Below, one piece after another: positions 13,170-26,482 of a DNA stretch of 64,000 nucleotides (positions within the stretch are counted from its first letter, which is position 1; every line of letters starts with the position of its first letter). Origin of the DNA: Octopus sinensis. Taxonomy: Eukaryota. The position numbers were made by a program, and so were the translations under genes. The stretch is from the NCBI RefSeq assembly GCF_006345805.1, contig NC_043014.1, forward strand, positions 45,384,001 through 45,448,000, read 5' to 3'. Below the pieces are notes generated by a model, which saw only the letters and a program-made list of their open reading frames with translations, ran no database searches and was not told the DNA's origin.

Positions 13170-13992
13170 TCATGGTTTGTGCATATATGTACATACATGT
13201 ATGTATATATGTATACATACGTGTATGTGTGTGTGTGTCTTTGTATGTATGTGTATGTGTATGTGTGTGCAAGTATGTGCGTGTGCATCTCTGTATGTAT
13301 GTATGTGTGTGCATCTTCGTATGTTTGGGTGTGTGTTTGCAAGTGCGTGTGTGTGTGTTTGTATATATGTATACATACGTGTATGTGTGTGTGCCTTTGT
13401 ATATATGTGTGTATGTGTGTGTGAGCAAGTATGTGCGTGTGCATCTCTGTATGTATGTATATGCGTGTGCCTTTGTATGTATGTGTTTGCAAATATGTGC
13501 GTGTACATCTCAGTATGTATATGTGTGTGCCTCTTCGTATGTATGTGTATGTGTTTGCAAGTGCGTGTTGTGTGTGTGTGTGTGTGTGTGTGTTTGTATG
13601 TATATGTGTTTATGTATGTGTGTTTGCATGTTTTTGTGGGGGGTTTCTGCCAATAAATTTATATGGGCCCAACCTTCGGTTTTGTAAGTATAACCGTTGG
13701 CCCACCCTTCAATTGAAAAGTTATCCCCTCCATCAGTTTAAGTATAAACTATCAACATTTGTGTTTGTGTGGGTGTAACTGTGCAGGAGGGGGGAGAGGA
13801 GAAGGTACACACGTTTTTGTTTGTGTGCTTGTATGTGTCGGTATTTGTATGTGTTTGTGTGTGTGTGTATCTGTGTGTGTCTGCGTGTGTATTATTAAGT
13901 GTTTTGAATTTTTGTTAAGTGTGTTGTGAGCATCAATTTGTATACCGATATGTGTGTATGCTTGGCTGTGCTTGTGTGTGTGTGTGCTTGGT

Positions 13993-14023
<31 letters not shown>

Positions 14024-14488
14024 TGTGTATGCTTGGTTGTTCTTGTGTGTGTGTGCTTGGTTGTGCTTGTGTGTGTGTGTGTGATTGGTTGTGCTTGTGT
14101 GTGTGTGTGTGTGATTGGTTGTGCTTGTGTGTGTGTGTGTGTTTGGTTGTGTTTGTGTGCGTGTGTGTGTGTATGCTTGGTTGTGCTTGTGTGTTTGTGT
14201 GTGTACGTGTATGTGTGAGTGTGTGTGTTGTGTGTTTGGTTGTGCTTGTGTGTGTGTGTATGCTTGGTTGTGCTTGTGTATGTATGTGTGTGCTTGTGTG
14301 TGTGTGTGCGCTTGTGTGTGTGTGCGCTTGTGTGTGTGTGCGCTTGTGTGTGTGTGGTTGGTTGTGCTTGTGTGTGTGTATGCTTGGTTGTGCTTGTGTG
14401 TGTGTGTGTCCGCTTGTGTGTGTATGTGTGTGTAGTTGGTTGTGCTTGTGTGTGTGTGTGTGCTTGTGTGTGTATGCTTGGTTGTGCT

Positions 14489-14515
<27 letters not shown>
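13170..14515. repeat. (TG)n-derived higher-order repeats
   Basis: Duplicated ~160-190-bp blocks at 13185-13560, and a gcttggttgtgctt+(GT)n unit repeated over 13960-14500. Confidence 0.85.
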
Positions 14516-14519
<4 letters not shown>

Positions 14520-14884
14520 TGTTTTTAACTAGTTGCTTTTTTAAGATTTTAGAAGCTAAGATCGTTTCCCTCCCACCACTGCTTCCTCTCACTGCAAATA
14601 TGTACGGGTGTGTGGGTGTACATATACTTTATATTTATATACATGTGTGCATGCGTGTGTATGTGTGTGTGTGGCTTCGTGTACTTAGTGAACTCGTGAT
14701 CCTAAGATTGTGGTTCCGATTCCTGGACTGGATGACACGTTGTGTTTTTGAACAAAATTCCCCATTACTCCAGTCTACTCAGCCAGCAAAAATGGATAAT
14801 CCTGTGATGGACCGAAGTCCTCTCCTGGGAGGAATATATGCGCCACAGAAACTGGGTATATATATGACTTGGGAAGGTTCTTTG

Positions 14885-15279
14885 TTCCTGTACATGCATG
14901 CATACTAGAAAAACGCCGCTGCCGTGGTGATCTCATTCTCGCTCACAACATCATAAGCGGAAAGTGTAACCTCTCAAAAGAGCTGTTCTTCACTCCTGCT
15001 CCAGAGCGTCGGCTGCGGGGGTCACTCCGAAAAATTCTATCTGCGACGATTTCATCTCAATCGAAGGAGAGGGGGTTTCTCCGTCCGGGTTGCAGATCCG
15101 TGGAATAAGCTGCCAGACGAGATGGTGAAGATGCCGACGACCGCTCGGTTCAAAGTCTCTCTTGACCAGAAATGGTCTGAACTCTTTACATGAACACCCT
15201 CCCTGTACATAACTCCATGTCCCCCTACATGGCCTTGCTTTTTGCTTTTTGAGCCAAAAAATTAACTTAACTTAACTTA
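14885..15279 (+). mobile_element. CR1/L2-type LINE, 5'-truncated 3' end
   Basis: LEKRRCRGDLILAHNII...F...RV..PWNKLPDEMVKMPTTARFKVSLDQKWSELFT* (frameshifted) is a CR1 ORF2 C-terminus; it ends in a (TTAAC)n tail. Confidence 0.8.
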
Positions 15280-15424
15280 ACACACACACACACAAATTGA
15301 ACTGAACTGAACCGGTTTCAGTTTATGAGTTGTGGCCATGCTGGGGCACCACCATTTGTGTTGCCACATAACTTTTACTTCACTAATTCATTTTGGAACT
15401 TGACATTTGGTGTATAGGGGAGTT

Positions 15425-15903
15425 TGACGAGCGTGATCGTTGACAGAGCGGCTAACAGGCTTCCGAGCCAGTGGCACATAAAAGGCACCATTCGAGTGTG
15501 ATTGTTGCCAGCTTCGCCTTACTGGCACTTGTGCCCCGTGCTAGTAAGGTGCTAAGAGCACCATCCGAGCGTGATCGTTGCCAGAGCGGCTAACTGGCTT
15601 CTGTGCCAGTGGCATGTAGGAAGCACCATTTGAGCGGGACCGTTACCAGCATCGCCTTACTGGCACCTGTGCCGTTGGCATGTGTAAAAAATTCGAGCGA
15701 GGTCGTTGCCAGTACTGCCTGACTGGCTCCTATGCTGGTGGCACGTAAAAGCATCCACTACACTCTCAGAGTGGTTGGCGTTAGGAAGGGCATCCAGCTG
15801 TAGAAACTCTGCCAGATCAAGACTGGAGCCTGGTGCAGCCATCCATCCAACCCATGCTAGCATGGAAAGCGGATGTTAAACGATGACGATGATGATGATG
15901 ATA
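15425..15903 (+). mobile_element. Family D retroelement ((GAT)n tail, internal ~55-60-bp GC-rich tandem units)
   Basis: Repeated ggcacgtaaaaagcacc...gccag..ctggc units, then a constant ggttggcgttaggaagggcatccagctgtagaaac...catgctagcatggaaagcggacgttaaacgatgat. Other copies: 1415-1512, 18870-19188, 21540-21862, 38378-38763, 41392-41669, 43598-43790(-), 45586-45778, 47621-47900(-), 50998-51287, 53790-54092. Confidence 0.75.
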
Positions 15904-16260
15904 TGGATCAAAATAGTTTGGTTCAAATTCGTTGGTACTCTGAGTTTCAAGCGTGATGCTAATATTCAGCCATTTTGAATTTGAATGAGAGAAGTTGATT
16001 TGTTGGACTGCAATTAGTCGAGGATGGTCACACGGTGTCGTGGTTTGATGTTGGTATAACAGCGACAGCAGTCACATGGAAAACACCGCATGGTGAACAG
16101 AAAATCAACCACGTGGTGGACAACAAGTCGAGCACGTGGTGGACAGGAAATCAGTCGTGTTGTTAGATGGGGAAGTAAGAAGGAGCGGTATGTGCCAGCA
16201 AATAGTTGTATATGTGAGTGTGTGGTCGTGCTTATATGGTTTTGCGTGCATGCCTATATA

Positions 16261-16289
<29 letters not shown>

Positions 16290-16291
<2 letters not shown>

Positions 16292-16790
16292 ACAATTTAA
16301 TAAATAAAACATATGCATACATACATACATACATACATATATGTACATACCTACATCTATATATACATGCATATATAGGTACAGGACACCACAAATAAAC
16401 GTAGAACACAACGAGAAATGAAAACATAAAACCAAACAAGGAAACGGACTTTTTTTTATCAACGGAAAAACAGAGTACAAGACAAACAACTCAAGGAACA
16501 TTCCCCTTCTTCAGCTGCCCCTCTTTCGACTCAATGCGTGTTTCGAAGGTAAGGGCAGAACACGATCCGGCCGAAGCAGTCCTTCCTGCAAAATGAATTA
16601 AATAAAATTCTTTTGCCCAGGGGTAAAAAAAAGTGACAAGAACAGGACGTAAAAGCAATATATATAAAACAGCAAAAAACAGCAAAAAGTATATATCCAT
16701 AGTAATTAAGAGCTCACTTATTAATAAGTCAGTGAAATGCAGCACATTATAACATTGCACTTAATCCTGGGGAAGAAGCTCACATGTATG
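16290..16790. mobile_element. Penelope-like remnant between (TA)n tracts
   Basis: Homologous to 23885-24143 (inverted) and 18290-18600; contains ttcgaaacacgcattgagtcgaaa...ctgaagaagggg on the minus strand. Confidence 0.45.
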
Positions 16791-17105
16791 TATATATATA
16801 TATATATATATAACAGGATAAAATGATCCCAAAGAGAATTGCATATTAAGAGTAAAATGCAGAAAAGCATAAATTTTATAGATACATCATAATTTGATTA
16901 CTTTTACCAGCTGTTTCATTAGGAATAAGTGTAATTAATACCATGATTAAGGTACATAATTAATGAAAATTAATTCGAGATAATGCTCATCCCAAATCAT
17001 CTGGAATACTACCTGCTATGTTAGCCATAAACATGCTGATTCAAATATATATGTGTATATACGTGTGTGTATGCGTGTGTATGTATGTATGTATGGTTTT
17101 GTATA

Positions 17106-17161
<56 letters not shown>

Positions 17162-17749
17162 CTATTTAAGTAGGTGAATGAATTATCCTATGTTTATCGT
17201 CTGCATGGAATATTCGTTTAACCGAAACCTGGGTAGCAAATTCACGTCAGAAACACGGTTGAAGCGACCTGTCAAGGGTAGAAACTCCGGGTTCATGTGT
17301 AGAAATTTGTGTGTTGTATATGAATAAATGAAAGAATGGAGTCGAACGAAGATGTTGACAAAATTCTTTTACTCTCGACACATGTCGACTTATTCTTTGT
17401 ACTTATTCTATCGGTCTCTTTTACCGAACCGCTAAGTTACAGGGACGTAAACACACCAGCATCGGTTGTCACAGACACACAAACACATACATATATATAC
17501 ATATATACGACAGGCTTCTTTCAGTTTCCATCTACCAAATCCACTCACAAGGCTTTGGTCAGCCCGAGGCTATAGCAGAAGACACTTGCCCAAGGTGCCA
17601 CGCTGGGGGACTGAACCCGGAACCATGTGGTTGGTAAGCAAGCTACTTAGCACACAGACACTCCTATGCCTATGCATTAATGCAAAAAATATTGTGCTTA
17701 TTGGCTATCTTCAAAATGATCACACCATCAAAGGAAAATTTCAATGCCA

Positions 17750-18180
17750 ACTTCCTAAGGTAGTTATGAAAGGCTATCAAAACCAAACACCCAGAAAAAC
17801 TGATGAAAAACTTGTTTCATTAGGACAATGCTTCAGCACACAAGTCCTTGGTTTCAATGGCTGCTGTGTGTGACTGGCTTTGAACTTTGAACTGGTTGAT
17901 CATCCTCCCTATGTTAGTGATTTGGTTCCTTCTGGTTATCATCTGTTTCCCAACATAGAAAAACACTCAGCTGAGCACCAGTATCACTATGATGAGAACA
18001 TCGTATCTGTTGTTGATAACCATTTTGATCAGCAGAAAAGCTTCTTCACCAGTGCGACACAAGCACTGCAACTACTTATGGAAGTGTGTGGACAGTAAGA
18101 TGTTAGAAAATGAACTTCATTTGGTCACATTCCGTTGAGAGTGTCTTGCTCAGATTATGAACATTTCAACCGACCCTCAT
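17750..18180 (+). pseudogene. Degenerate mariner transposase, C-terminal DDD region plus probable 3' TIR
   Basis: FH*DNASAHKSLVSMAAVCD / FELVDHPPYVSDLVPSGYHLFPNIEKH...; these are the H-DNA and HPPYSPDLAPSDY-like mariner motifs, with a stop and a frameshift. Confidence 0.85.
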
Positions 18181-18649
18181 CATAATAAAAATTATTATTA
18201 TGCCCGTATTTGTTTTAACGTTAACATTGGAAAAATTCACATTTTTCATAAAAAATTAGGACCTGGGTTTGCACCTCCTCAGCAAATTTTGTTGCTGGTC
18301 CACTCCATGTGTGTTTGTGTTGGTGTCCTGTACCCATATATGCATGTATATATACATGTAGAGGTAGGTACGTACATATATGTACCTACCTCTACATGTA
18401 TATATACATGCATATATGGGTACAGGACACCAAAAAAACGTCGAACACAATGAGAAACGAAAACATAAACACAAAACCAAGGAAATGGAGGTTTTTTTAA
18501 AACAACGAAAAAATAGAGTACAGGACATACAAAACAAGGAAAATCCCCCTTCTTCAGTCGCCTTAATTTCATCTACTCCACGTTTCGAAGGTCATGCATA
18601 TATTTATATACATATGTATGTATGTGTATATATATGTGTGTGTGTGTAT

Positions 18650-18702
<53 letters not shown>

Positions 18703-19189
18703 AAAGTAAGATAGGGGTTATGAGGGTAACCCACTATGGGATATCATTTATCCAATATACTATCCAATATATTTATATAGTTAATAAATAATATGAAATG
18801 GTAATATCTGTAAGTTGATGATTGAAATGAATTTGTTCCACCATTTTCTTTTGAACCAGCCAGGATCCCTGGTACGTAAAAAGCACCATCCGACTCGTGG
18901 CCGATGCCAGCGCCGCCTCGACTGGCTTCCGTGCCGGTGGCACGTAAAATACACCAATCCGACCGTGGCCGTTGCCAGCCTCGCCTGGCACCTGTGCAGG
19001 TGGCACGTAAAAAGCACCCACTACACTCACGGAGTGCTTGGCGTTAGGAAGGGCATCCAGCTGTAGAAACACTGCCAGATAAGACTGGAGCCTGGTGCAG
19101 CCTTCTGGCTTCCCAGATCCCCGGTCGAACCGTCCAACCCATGCTAGCATGGAGAACGGACGTTAAACGATGATGATGATGATGATGAT

Positions 19190-19208
19190 ATATATATATA
19201 TATATATA

Positions 19209-19248
<40 letters not shown>

Positions 19249-20008
19249 TAGATAGATAGATAGATGGAGATACACACATACATACATACATACATACATA
19301 CACACATATATACATACGTACATACATACATACATACACACACATACATACATACACACACACATACATACATACACATACATACATACATACACACACA
19401 CATACATACACATACATACATACACATACACACATAGATACATACACACATACATACATACATACATACATACATACATACATACATACATGCATACAAG
19501 TATACTCAAATAAATACAAATCTACACCTACAAATATACGTACACAAGCACTCAAAACGAACCCCCCCCCCAAAAAAAAAAGCACCCACACACGTACACA
19601 CAAGGCACACACACACAGAAATGCATGCCCACCCACACATACATAGATAAAGCAGTGTTAAAAAAAAAAAAAACTAACAACAACAAAAACATTGCTTGCT
19701 GGCAGAAAGCCGGAAGGGAGGGAGAAGGGTGAGGGGGCATCGAAGGAGTAGCCAACTGCTTCGGCTGCAAACTTCCCACTTTTACTCTCAGAAGCTTAAG
19801 TGTTACTTTGTCGTCACTTTTTTTTTTTCTTTCCTTCTGTATTTTAATTGACTTGCTTTGACTCTCTGTTGATGCTTATTACATGCTGAATAGAAATGTG
19901 GAACATTGTTGTGGGGACACTTGCACCGAGCGAGCGAATGATGATGATATATATATATATATTATATATATATATACATATCTATATATATATATATGTA
20001 CAAATATA

Positions 20009-20055
<47 letters not shown>

Positions 20056-20291
20056 ATATAATATATATATATATATACATATATTTACATGAGCGAGTGA
20101 ATGGATATGTATATGTGTATATATATATATGTGTGTGCATGTAAATATATGTATATATATATATATATATTTGCATGTAAATATATGTATATATATATAT
20201 ATATTTGTACATATATATATCTATATATATATATATATATACATATCTATATATATATATTTACATATATATATATATATTATATATATAT

Positions 20292-20369
<78 letters not shown>

Positions 20370-20400
20370 GGAGATACACACATACATACACACACATATA
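19190..20400. repeat. (TA)n/(GATA)n/(CATA)n microsatellite fields around a short unique segment
   Basis: Direct reading; the unique part is ~19640-19940. Confidence 0.85.
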
Positions 20401-21232
20401 TATATGTTCCATGCTGGTAGGAGTTGAACAGTTTTATACGATCCAATGGATCCAAGGACTACATTGTGCTCCTGTGTCTGCTTTGGTATGGTTTCTACAG
20501 CTGGATGCCCTTTCTAATGCTAAACAGTTCACAGAGTACACTGGGTGCTGTTCTCATGCCACCAGCACCAGCAGAGCTGCCATGCAGCTTGTAAACGTGT
20601 AACGGCAGAAATTGAATAGTAAACATTATTATGAAATGTTGGAGTCAGCTGATGTGACGATAATAATTTGTTGTTATGACAGGATACTGTAGGATGTGAA
20701 AGATGAACAATGCATGAAGTTTTAAGGAAACATTTATTTACCGTTACCTTACAATAAGTATGCGTTACCAAAAGAATGCGAAGTAAATTTTGCGTTTGTG
20801 TCCTCTTCATTGTTTAGTAGTTGTAATTACTGAGAGAGATAGAATGATGTTGTAAGAGAACAGAATTAGAGTTAGAGAGAATTGTAGGGTGTTGTCTGAC
20901 AGTTGCCAGCAGTAAACTTCATTTTTCCCTCTGACCGATGTTGGTCAGCCAGACCACATTGAGTCGTCACCGACTGTGACTAACTCCATTGAATCGTCAC
21001 GGCTGTGATGAACTGATTTTTGCTTGGGATGTGCTGGTTTATATAACTATCTAGAAGGACTGCGGCCATGCTGGAGCACCGCCTTTAATCGAGCAACTCA
21101 ACCCCAGGACTTATTCTTTGTAAGCCTAGTACGTATTCTATCGGTCCCTTTTGCTGAAACGCTAAGTTACGGGGACATAAACACATCCGCATCGGTTGTC
21201 AAGCAATGTTGGGGGGAAAAACACAGACACAC

Positions 21233-21276
<44 letters not shown>

Positions 21277-22812
21277 TATATGCGACAGGCTTTTTTCAGT
21301 TTCCGTCTACCAAATCCACTCACAAGGCATTGGTTGGCCCGAGGCTACAGTAGAAGACACTTGCCCAAGGTTGACACGCAGTGGGACAGAACCCGGAACC
21401 CTGTGGTTCCTACGACATTCTTATGAAATAAAAAAAAACAAAAAAAAACAGCACAGTGCCCATGACTTGCAGAAACATTTTTTCATGCTCAGAATTGTCG
21501 AAGCCTGGAATAAACAACCCATGCCCATTATTAACTATCACAGCCTTGCCTGGCCTCCATGCCGGTGGAACGTAAAAGGCACCATCCAAGCGTGGCCGTT
21601 CGCCAGTCTTATCTGGCCTCCGTGCCGGTGGCACGTAGAAAGCTCCATCCGAGCATGGCCGTTCGCCAGCCTCATCTGGCACGTAAAAAGCACCCACTAC
21701 ACTCTCGGAGTGGTTGGCGTTAGGAAGGGCATCCAGCTGTAGAAACACTGCCAGATCTGACTGCATCCTGGTGCAGCCTTCGGGCTTTCCAGACCCCAGT
21801 TGAACCGTCCAACCCATGCTAGCATGGAAAGCGGATGCTAAATGATGATGATGATGATGATGATCCTTCAAAAATTTAGAAATGTGCCAATGCAACTCCT
21901 AGCAGGCCCTTAACACCCTTATTCTTTGACTCTTTCCATGTACCCTTTTCTCTATTTTTCTGTTTATTCTTTATACTGTGCATATACTTCTGACTTTCAT
22001 TGCTGTCTGTCTTTATTTGATTTACATGCCTGCTCTCCGTCCCCTCTCTTAACCTTTTCCAATTAGCTGTAGTGCACCTAAGCACTGCATACAATAAGCT
22101 CATTACTTATACATATACATGTGAGTGTGTGTGTATATATATTTATACATATATATATATATATATATACATAGGCGCAGGAGTGGCTGTGTGGTAAGTA
22201 GCTTGCTTACCAACCACATGGTTCTGGGTTCAGTCCCACTGCATGGCATCTTGGGCAAGTGTCTTCTGTTATACCCCAGGCCAACCAATGACTTGTGAGT
22301 GGATTTGGTAGACGGAAACTGAAAGCCCGTCGTATATATGTATGTATGTATATATATATTTGTGGTGTGTTTACGTCCCCGATAGAATAAGTACTGGGCT
22401 TACAAAGATTAAGTCCCGGGGTCGATTTGCTTGATAAACAAGTAAAAGAGAGTAAAGAGTAAAGAATATTAAATAATCTACAGCAGTTCAAGGACAGTGT
22501 CATCTACCATTACATTAACTGTCATCTATACCCTTCGTTCTAGGGGTATGTGGTCTTGTATCATCCATCTGAGAAATTAATACATTTAAATCTCCCCTAT
22601 TCTCTGATTTTGTAATGTAAAACCGTTGTACCACTGTTGGTAAAGTAATGAACTACAATTCCCAGGGGGGAAAAAAAAATGGGGTTAGAAACTGTGCACA
22701 ATGTAATAAATATGAATTGCCCTTACAGCCAAAATGCTTGCCGATATCAGCAGATTTTAATTCAGAGGAAACTTGTTCAATTCCAAGTTAAATTAGAACC
22801 AATTTATTTTAT

Positions 22813-23052
22813 TTTACTCTTTACTCTTTTACTTGTTTCAGTCATTTGACTGCGGCCATGCTGGAGTACCGCCTTTAGTCGAGCAAATCAAATCCAGGAC
22901 TTATTCTTTGTAAGCCCAGTACTTATTCTATTGGTCTCTTTTGCCGAACCGCTAAGTGACGGGGACATAAACACACCAGCATCGCTTGTCAAGCAATGCT
23001 AGGGGAACAAACACAGACACACAAACACACACATGCATATATATATATATAC

Positions 23053-23107
<55 letters not shown>

Positions 23108-23272
23108 GACGGGGTTCTTTTCAGTTTCCTTCTACCAAATCCACTCACAAGGCTTTGGTCGGCCCAAGGCTATAGTAGAAGACACTTGCCCAAGGTGCCA
23201 CGCAGTGGGACTGAACCCGGAACCATGTGGTTGGTAAACAAGCTACTTACCACACAGCCACCCCTGCGCCTA
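22813..23272 (-). mobile_element. Family A SINE with an expanded (TA)n core
   Basis: Full-length copy. Confidence 0.85.
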
Positions 23273-23789
23273 TCAGTGGTCCTTCAGTTTTTCTAAGCCC
23301 TACAAAAGAATTTGGGAAGGTTGAGCCTCCAGCCAGGCCTTTTGTGGTACTCTTAAAGCCTGGAACTTTTTAGCACCCTCACACACACACACACACACAC
23401 ATGCATATATAAAATGGGGTTCCTTATATTCAAAATATTCTTTTATCATTCTCAATATAGACCCCAGCAGGCCAGTACATTGTGAGTGAATTTAGTAAAC
23501 AGGATGACAACGATGATGATGATGATGAAACTATGGGGAGCCCCGTTGTGTGTGTGTGTGTGTGCGCGCATGTGCGTATGAGTGCTTGTTCTCTCCACTG
23601 CTTGACAACCAGTGTGGCTCTGTGGTAAGAAGCTTGTTTCCCAACCACGTAGTTTCAGGTTCAGTCCCACTGCATGGCCCCTTGGGTAAGTGTCTTCTAC
23701 TATAGGCTCTCAGGATGACCAAAGCCTTATTAGTGGATTTGGTAAATGGAAACTGAAAGAAGCCCATTGTATGTGTATATATATATATA

Positions 23790-24143
23790 TATAACGGGAA
23801 GCTTTATGAAAATAAACAAAAGACGAAGGCAGGTGGAAAACAAACGAACAATTGTATTAGTATGGCGCTCTATGTATATGATCGTGCTCTGCCCTTACCT
23901 TCGAAACACGCATTGAGTCGAAACAGGGGCAGCTGAAGAAGGGGAATATTGTTTGTCTCGTACTCTGTTTTTTCGTTCTTAAAAAAAGTCCATTTCCTTG
24001 TTTGATTTTATGTTTTCGTTTCTCGTTGTGTTCTACGTTTATTTGTGGTGTCCTGTACTCATATATGCATGTATATATACATATAGATGTAGGTATGTAC
24101 ATATATGTATGTATGTATGCATATGTTTTATTTATTAAATTGT

Positions 24144-24207
<64 letters not shown>

Positions 24208-24330
24208 CAAATGAAAGACAGAAGATGGAATATACGAGAATTTATTATAAATCACGACAATTGTTTTGACACATCCAGCATTGATTCTTCTTAGATGGGA
24301 CACTCGACAACTGGTTCAGGATCATCCAGT
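23790..24330. mobile_element. Penelope-like remnant(s) inserted in the (TA)n core of a family A SINE
   Basis: Reverse-complement match to 16290-16560; its first ~70 bp also occur at 30800-30863 inside another SINE (TA)n core. Confidence 0.45.
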
Positions 24331-24524
24331 GATGCAGATGTATAAGTTTATGTGAGCGTGTCTTTGTGTCTGTGTTTGTCCTCCCCACCACCGCTTGAAA
24401 ACCGGTGTTAGTGTGTTTACAACCCCATAACTTAGCAGTTTGGCATAGAGACCAATAGAATAAGTACCAGGTTTTTTCTTAAAAAAAATGTACTGGGGTC
24501 GATTTACTTGACTAAAATTCTTCA

Positions 24525-24743
24525 GAGCTGGCAGAAACGTTAGCATGCCGGGCGAAATGCATAGCCGTATTTCGTCTGCTGTTACGTTCCGAGTTCAAAT
24601 TCCGCCGAGGTCGACTTTGCCTTTCATTCTCTCGATAAATTAAGTACCAGTTACGCACTGGGGTTGATGTAATCGACTTAATCCCTTTGTCTGTCCTTGT
24701 TTGTCCCTTCTGTGTTTAGTCCCTTGTGGGTAGTAAAGAAATA
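24525..24743 (+). mobile_element. Family B SINE nested in the tail of a family A-like SINE
   Basis: aaattcttca is duplicated on both sides. Confidence 0.8.
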
Positions 24744-25084
24744 AATTCTTCAAGGCAGTGTCCCAACATGGCCACAGTCTAATGACTGAAACAAGTAAAA
24801 GATATAAGGTAAAAGGTAGGAGGTATTAAATTTCAGAGCAGGTGTGAAAGTAATTAGCATTTGGCTATGGTCCATGACTGTCACAAATGACTGATTCAGA
24901 AGGATGTTAACCTAGGGGGGGGGGGATGGTGGCAGGGCGGGGGTTAAAGGAAGAATTGAGAGGAATTGATGTCATCATTTGAGAAGTGAAGAACTTTTCC
25001 ACTGCATGACAGAGGCTGTTGTTTACAAAGAAGATGGAAGAAAGAGGAATTAGGCATTCTGTTAATTCTTGTGTGAAGGATGTA

Positions 25085-25900
25085 CCATCCAGAGAGATGG
25101 GGAAGGGAGTGGGAGAAGAGAGGGAGGGAGGGAGGGAGGGAGTGGAAAGAGAGGGAGGAAGAGAGGGAAGGAGAAAGAGAGGGGAAAGGGAGGGGAGAGG
25201 GAGGGAGGGAAGGAGAAAGAGAGGAGAGAAGGAGAAAGAGAGGGGAGAGAGAGGGAGGGAAGGAGAAAGAGAGGGGAGAGAGATAGAGGGAAGGAGAAAG
25301 AGAGGGGAGAGAGAAGGAGGGAAGGAGAAAGATAGGGGAGAGAGAGGGAGGGAAGGAGAAAGATAGGGGAGAGAGAGGGAGGGAAGGAGAAAGAGAAGGG
25401 AGAGAGAGGGAGGGAAGGAGAAAGAGAGAGGGAGGGAGGGAGATGGAGAGAAAGAGCTAGATAAATAGAGAGAGGGAGGGAGAAGGATAGAGAAGGAAAA
25501 AGAGTGGGAGGGAGATGGAGAGAAAGAGCTAGACAAGTAGATAAATAGACAGATAGATAGATAGAGAGGGGAGAGAAAGAGGGGAAGGGGAAAGAGAGGG
25601 AGGGGAGAAAAAGGGGAAGGGGAAAGAGAGGGAGGGGGAGAAAGAGGGGAAGGGGAAAGAGAGAAGGGGAGAAAGAGGGGAAAGGGAACGAGAGGGAGGG
25701 GAAGAAAGAGGGGAAAGGGAAAGAGAGGGAGGGGGAAGAAAGAGGGGAAGGGGAAAGAGAGGGAGGGAGGGAGGGAGAAGGAGAGAAAGAGCTAGACAAA
25801 CAGACAGATTGATAGATAGAGAGGGAAGGGGAAAGAGAAAGAGAAGGACAGAAAGAGCTTGACAAATAGATTGATAGACATGGAGAGAGAAAGAGAGAGA
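25085..25900 (+). repeat. ~800-bp purine-only (GA-rich) tract with ~29-bp higher-order units
   Basis: Almost no pyrimidines on the plus strand; repeated gagagagggagggaaggagaaaga units. Confidence 0.9.
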
Positions 25901-26065
25901 GGAGATTCTATTGTAAAAAAACAGATATGTCAGAGGAAAAGCTTTGAGTTCACAAGATGAGAAGCCAACAAGAAAGTTTCTACATGATTGCTTAGTCTGC
26001 TAAAAATGATAGCCAAATCTCCCTCAGACCACATCCTACCAACTTTACCATCTTATATTAAAATA

Positions 26066-26482
26066 TAGGTGCAGGAGTGGTTGTGTGGTAAGTAGCTTGT
26101 TTACCAACCACATGGTCTGGGTTCAGTCCCACTACGTGGCACCTTGGGCAAGTGTTTTCTGCTATAGCCTCGGGCCGACCAATGCTTTGTGAGTGGATTT
26201 GGGAGACGGAAACTGAAAGAAGCCTGTCGTATACATGTATATATATACATGTATGTGTGTATATGTTTGTGTGTCTGTGTTTGTCCCCCTAGCATTGCTT
26301 GACAACCGATGCCGGTGTGTTTACGTCCCAGTCACTTAGCGGTTTGGCAAAAGAAACTGATAGAATAAGTACTGGGCTTACAAAGAATAAGTCCCTGGGT
26401 TGATTTGCTCGACTAAAGGCGGTGCTCCAGCATGGCCGCAGTCAAATGACTGAAACAAGTACAAGAGTAAAAGAGTAAGAGT
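26066..26482 (+). mobile_element. Family A SINE
   Basis: Full-length copy with a gagtaaaa tail. Confidence 0.85.

Noticed and set aside
13960-14500. CRISPR-like alternation of a constant gcttggttgtgctt with variable spacers (also the 4.9-5.3 kb and 33.5-34.1 kb arrays)
   Set aside because: The spacers are only (GT)n or copies of each other, there are no cas genes, and the context is eukaryotic.
16490-16560. GAAAC...CTGAAGA motif (also at 18550, 23900, 60060) as a type II hammerhead; CTGAAGA...GAATGTC at 27880 and 43190
   Set aside because: Stem I or II cannot be formed without pairing core nucleotides, or A15.1 is missing, so the motifs do not fit the hammerhead fold.
9766-18180. Mariner N-terminal (9.8 kb) and C-terminal (17.8 kb) relics as one split element
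   Set aside because: Both are on the same strand and in the right order, but the middle of the transposase is missing, no matching TIR pair or TA TSD was found, and the motif styles suggest different subfamilies.
25062-25865. 267-aa Ser/Leu/Pro/Phe ORF and its overlapping ORFs
   Set aside because: Product of the purine-only low-complexity tract.
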